Of a DNA stretch of 32,000 bases, positions 29,029-32,000 are shown in pieces; within the stretch, counting starts at the first letter, position 1, and each line of letters starts with the position of its first letter. This DNA comes from Synechocystis sp. PCC 6803 substr. PCC-P (GTDB lineage Bacteria; Cyanobacteriota; Cyanobacteriia; Cyanobacteriales; Microcystaceae): assembly GCF_000284455.1 (NCBI RefSeq), contig NC_017039.1, positions 1,650,001 to 1,682,000 on the forward strand, written 5' to 3'. The notes beneath the pieces are model-generated. The model saw nothing but the letters and a program-made list of their open reading frames with translations, was not told the DNA's origin and ran no database searches. Made by a program: the position numbers and the translations under genes.

Positions 29029-29307
29029 TCAGAAACTAGCTCTTAGTTCCATTTGGGATTCTAACCGTTGCATTGCTAAAGTACCTTCATGTAGTCTTCT
29101 TTCTTCCTCTAAATAATCTTGGTACATTTTCTCGGATTTGATATTTTCTCGTGCATTCTGTATATTTTCAGATGATTGTCGTAGATTTGTTGCAAGAAAG
29201 AAGACAAGACCAAACAAAGAAAAAAGAACAACTGTGGGCAAAGATTCTATAGACGGAAAAATATCGATTTTATTTTTTGGTTTCAAATTTGTTTTCTGGT
29301 CTTTCAC
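29029..29307 (-). CDS. AT-rich orphan ORF (92 aa; one TM segment plus a charged coiled-coil-like tail)
   Basis: The ORF is open with only a GTG start at 29307 (the first ATG is at codon 61). TM-like PTVVLFSLFGLVFFLATNL, then a Glu/Arg/Gln-rich C-terminus. It directly abuts the IS remnant. No family recognised. Confidence 0.35.
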   Translation of the reverse strand: MKDQKTNLKPKNKIDIFPSIESLPTVVLFSLFGLVFFLATNLRQSSENIQNARENIKSEKMYQDYLEEERRLHEGTLAMQRLESQMELRASF

Positions 29308-29689
29308 TCTCTCTTCGCTAAAACCACACTAATAACATATGTCCCTAATGAAATAGAACTGGCATGTTTTAAAGATGAGCCACATTGGGGTTATTTTTTG
29401 TTTATTTTATTTTACTCTTTGCTAGGATAAATATCGGCATACTTAGGCATTAATTGTTACCTGTGACCGAAATTTTATATTTAATCCTCACTACCTTAAG
29501 ACTAGACTAAATTTTTAAAATGGACAAATTTTTTTAAAATTTAATGAACGAGAATTATTATTTGCAAATTGGCAATAATAGTCTGAAACCTAAACTATGT
29601 AATTCTGAGCACACGCAGAGCTTGGGGTAAAATAACCACGGTTGACTGCTCCACCAACAATCCACTAATCCACAAAAACTAGGTCTGTC

Positions 29690-31162
29690 ATGGTTTACAC
29701 TCCTGCTCCGATTAAATTTGGTACCGATGGTTGGCGGGGGGTAATTGCAGCAGAATTTACCTTTGAGCGGGTGGTGTTGGTGGCGGCGGCGGCGGCCCAG
29801 GTGTTGGCGGCAGAATTTGGTAGTAGTGGTCGGGAACATCGCTTAATTGTGGGATACGATCGCCGTTTTATGGCGGAACAATTTGCCCTGTTGGTGGCCC
29901 AGACAGTCCAGGAATTGGGTTTTGAAGTCTGGTTGAGTGAAAGTTATGCTCCTACCCCGGCCTTTAGTTGGGCGGCCCATCACGAAAATGCCCTGGGCGC
30001 ATTGGTGTTAACAGCCAGCCATAATCCCGCCAATTATTTGGGTTTAAAAGTTAAAGGAGCGTTCGGTGGTTCCGTGGGCAGTGACGTTACAGAAAAAATA
30101 GAAGCCCAATTGCAAAATTCCTTACCCCAGCCCCAAGCGGGAGGTAGTTTGCAATATTTTGATCCCTGGCCTAGTTACTGCCAAGGCTTGCAGGCAAAAG
30201 TAAATGTTCAACCCATTCGAGAAGCAGTTCAACAGGGAAAACTCCGGGTATTTGCCGATGTGATGCATGGCGCAGCCGCCAGTGGCTTGGAGCGGTTACT
30301 AGGTTGTCCCATTGATGAAATTAACGGCGATCGAGATCCCTTGTTTGGCGGTGCTTCCCCTGAACCTTTGCCCAAATACGTTCCTAAATTATTAGCAGCG
30401 CTGCAAACGGCGGCCAAAGCTGGTGGGCCAGAGTTACGGGTGGGTTTGATTTTTGATGGCGATGCCGATCGGATTGCCGCAGTAGACGGCCAGGGTAATT
30501 TTCTCAGTTCCCAGGGTTTAATTCCCATTTTGATTTACCACTTAGCTACCCAAAAAGGCCTCCAGGGAGAAATTGTTAAAACCGTTAGTGGCTCCGACCT
30601 AATTCCCAAGTTGGCAGAGCTTTACGGCATTCCCCTCACGGAAACGGCGATCGGTTATAAGTATATTGCTGATCGAATGTTAACCAGTCCAGTCTTGATT
30701 GGTGGGGAAGAATCCGGTGGCATTGGCTATGGGGGTCACATTCCTGAACGGGATGCGTTGTTATCCGCCCTATATGTGTTGGAAACAGTGGTACAGTCCC
30801 AACAGGATATTAGTGAACAGTATGGTCGACTCCAGGAAAAAGTCTGCTTTGTCAGTGAGTATGACCGCATTGATTTACCCTTGGCCAGCATGGATGTCCG
30901 CACTGCGTTGGTACAAACCCTAAATGAAAATCCCCTAACGGCGATCGCCGGAGAACAAGTGACAGATTTATTGACCACCGACGGCTACAAATTCCGTATG
31001 GCCGGTGGCGGTTGGTTGCTAATTCGCTTTAGTGGGACGGAACCTTTACTGCGGCTTTACTGCGAGGCTCCCACCAGTTCCCGGGTACAGACGGTGCTCC
31101 ACTGGGCAAAGGATTGGGCAAATGGGGTAACGCCTGCCAAGCCTGCACAATCATCTCACTGA
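29690..31162 (+). CDS. Alpha-D-phosphohexomutase (phosphoglucomutase/phosphomannomutase family)
   Basis: 490 aa. Phosphoserine loop TASHNP, Mg loop FDGDADR, sugar loop GEESGG, phosphate loop SGTEPLLR. From memory, the Synechocystis gene at this position (slr1334) was reported to act as a glucose-1,6-bisphosphate synthase rather than the main PGM. Confidence 0.9.
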   Translation: MVYTPAPIKFGTDGWRGVIAAEFTFERVVLVAAAAAQVLAAEFGSSGREHRLIVGYDRRFMAEQFALLVAQTVQELGFEVWLSESYAPTPAFSWAAHHENALGALVLTASHNPANYLGLKVKGAFGGSVGSDVTEKIEAQLQNSLPQPQAGGSLQYFDPWPSYCQGLQAKVNVQPIREAVQQGKLRVFADVMHGAAASGLERLLGCPIDEINGDRDPLFGGASPEPLPKYVPKLLAALQTAAKAGGPELRVGLIFDGDADRIAAVDGQGNFLSSQGLIPILIYHLATQKGLQGEIVKTVSGSDLIPKLAELYGIPLTETAIGYKYIADRMLTSPVLIGGEESGGIGYGGHIPERDALLSALYVLETVVQSQQDISEQYGRLQEKVCFVSEYDRIDLPLASMDVRTALVQTLNENPLTAIAGEQVTDLLTTDGYKFRMAGGGWLLIRFSGTEPLLRLYCEAPTSSRVQTVLHWAKDWANGVTPAKPAQSSH

Positions 31163-31355
31163 GGCGGTCCCTTTGGACGTAATCCAATAAACCATCCTCC
31201 GCCAGAATTTCCTGAACCACGTCATCCAAAGATTGGTCATGGGCCCGGGCCCAGTTGATAACCCCGGCGATCGCCACCGCCACTAATTCCTCGTTAGCGG
31301 GGAAACGGCGCAGGGCATCTAGTTCAGCGTAGGTTTTGGGGATGGCGTAGTGCAT
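31029..31355 (-). CDS. Hypothetical protein (108 aa) convergently overlapping the phosphohexomutase 3' end
   Basis: ATG 31355 and TAA 31029-31031. The first ~70 aa are helical and protein-like (AELDALRRFPANEELVAVAIAGVINWARAHDQSLDDVVQEILAEDGLLDYVQRD). The Pro-rich tail is encoded antisense to the mutase. The ORF contains a HIP1 site (31267-31274). Confidence 0.5.
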   Translation of the reverse strand: MHYAIPKTYAELDALRRFPANEELVAVAIAGVINWARAHDQSLDDVVQEILAEDGLLDYVQRDRLSEMIVQAWQALPHLPNPLPSGAPSVPGNWWEPRSKAAVKVPSH

Positions 31356-31426
31356 AGGGTTGGAAGCTTAGCACGGTTCTCTCCATTAAGCAATGGTTAA
31401 GTTGAAAATATTGCTCTGCAATGCAG

Positions 31427-31640
31427 TTAAGGCGAGATGCGAGTTAAGGAAAGCAGAAAATTTGGCAGTACATCTTCTCCCGACAAAGTATCTAGTTGTT
31501 CCAAAATTTCCACTGTTTTATAGAGAGAAACAACTCGGATAATCGGTTTGCCAGATGTCATGGCCGCACGCAAGTTGTCTCCAAGTCATTCCACATGGTT
31601 GATATCACCGTGGCAATATTTGCCAAACCGAGGTCAATGG
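31427..31640 (-). pseudogene. Possible degraded C-terminal fragment of a third Uma2-family gene
   Basis: The minus strand gives ...IDLGLANIATVISTMWNDLETTCVRP* in one frame. In the next frame it gives MTSGKPIIRVVSLYKTVEILEQLDTLSGEDVLPNFLLSLTRISP* (31561-31427). This pattern resembles the Uma2 C-terminal half (EYWIVD-like W-x-D, then ...G.D.L....LP.F.L.L..I). No intact N-terminal part is present. Weak, by eye only. Confidence 0.25.
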
Positions 31641-31795
31641 TAGCATAGAACTACTACGCAACTAGCGCCTCTCATTACTTTATTGAAACTCTTAGCTATT
31701 TTTTGCCTGATTGATCTTTGTTCCTTTGAAAATTGCCTGAAAGCTGATAATAGTTTGGCTCCCTTTTTGTTGAAATAATTCATTCAGATTTCTAT

Positions 31796-31839
31796 TTTTA
31801 TCAAACTGATTAACCCCTTTTATCAAACTGATCAACCCC
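31796..31839. repeat. 22-bp tandem direct repeat TTTTATCAAACTGAT(T/C)AACCCC x2
   Basis: Copy 1 at 31796-31817 and copy 2 at 31818-31839 differ by one T/C. Each unit contains the small inverted repeat ATCAAACTGAT (ATCA-N3-TGAT). Confidence 0.9.
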
Positions 31840-32000
31840 AACCTCAGTCGATAGACGTTGACTTGGGGACAGCAAGGGAGAATTTTGAAAATTGTGATTA
31901 CCTCACCATCGCAAATAATTCGTCAAAGGACTGCACGGGAATATCCGGTTTACTGACAATTTCAACAATTTTATTTTTAGCACTGGGGCTAAAGAGAGAT

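Noticed and set aside
29558-29839. 93-aa minus-strand ORF spanning the phosphohexomutase start
   Set aside because: It overlaps the 5' end of a certain gene in antisense and continues into the A/T-rich promoter. It has no motifs.
31898-32000. Partial minus-strand ORF at the right edge (...SAKNKIVEIVSKPDIPVQSFDELFAMVR, stop = complement of 31898-31900)
   Set aside because: Only 34 codons are visible and no family is recognisable. This is too little to call a CDS, and the window would need to be extended.

Overview
This is a cyanobacterial chromosomal window. The sequence, the density of the HIP1 octamer GCGATCGC (at least 30 copies counted by hand) and the gene order match my memory of the Synechocystis sp. 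PCC 6803 region around the bidirectional NiFe-hydrogenase operon hoxEFUYH (sll1220-sll1226 neighbourhood). I cannot verify that identification without a database search.

Content from left to right:
- tldD (5' end off the window), prmC (-), a receiver-first histidine kinase, a small orphan ORF, a small cyanobacteria-type ORF (-), spoT/rel, and ahcY (-) with a clear intrinsic terminator.
- A PIN-type toxin-antitoxin pair.
- A five-gene minus-strand array: GAF hybrid kinase, receiver-first kinase, GT4 glycosyltransferase, Uma2 nuclease, transglutaminase-like protein.
- atpD-atpC (ATP synthase beta and epsilon).
- An M16 peptidase homologue whose zinc motif is degenerate, followed 7 nt later by a KAS-family condensing enzyme.
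- The hox operon on the minus strand, ordered hoxE-hoxF-[Uma2 nuclease]-hoxU-hoxY-[antitoxin + PIN toxin]-hoxH.
- The hox promoter and a LexA-box region.
- A decayed IS5-family transposase remnant, an AT-rich orphan ORF, an alpha-phosphohexomutase and a convergently overlapping small ORF.

I saw no rRNA, tRNA or CRISPR array.

The most noteworthy observations:
- Three passenger genes sit inside the hydrogenase operon. One is a PIN toxin/antitoxin cassette bracketed by ~15-bp inverted repeats, and one is a Uma2 PD-(D/E)xK nuclease.
- Uma2 genes are inserted in the short spacers of two same-strand gene arrays, and a third, degraded copy may lie near the right edge.
- Two PIN modules have antitoxins that share a motif pattern.
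- A LexA-box-like palindrome and phased 14-bp direct repeats lie upstream of hoxE.

All functional calls rest on motifs read by eye. No HMM or BLAST search was possible.
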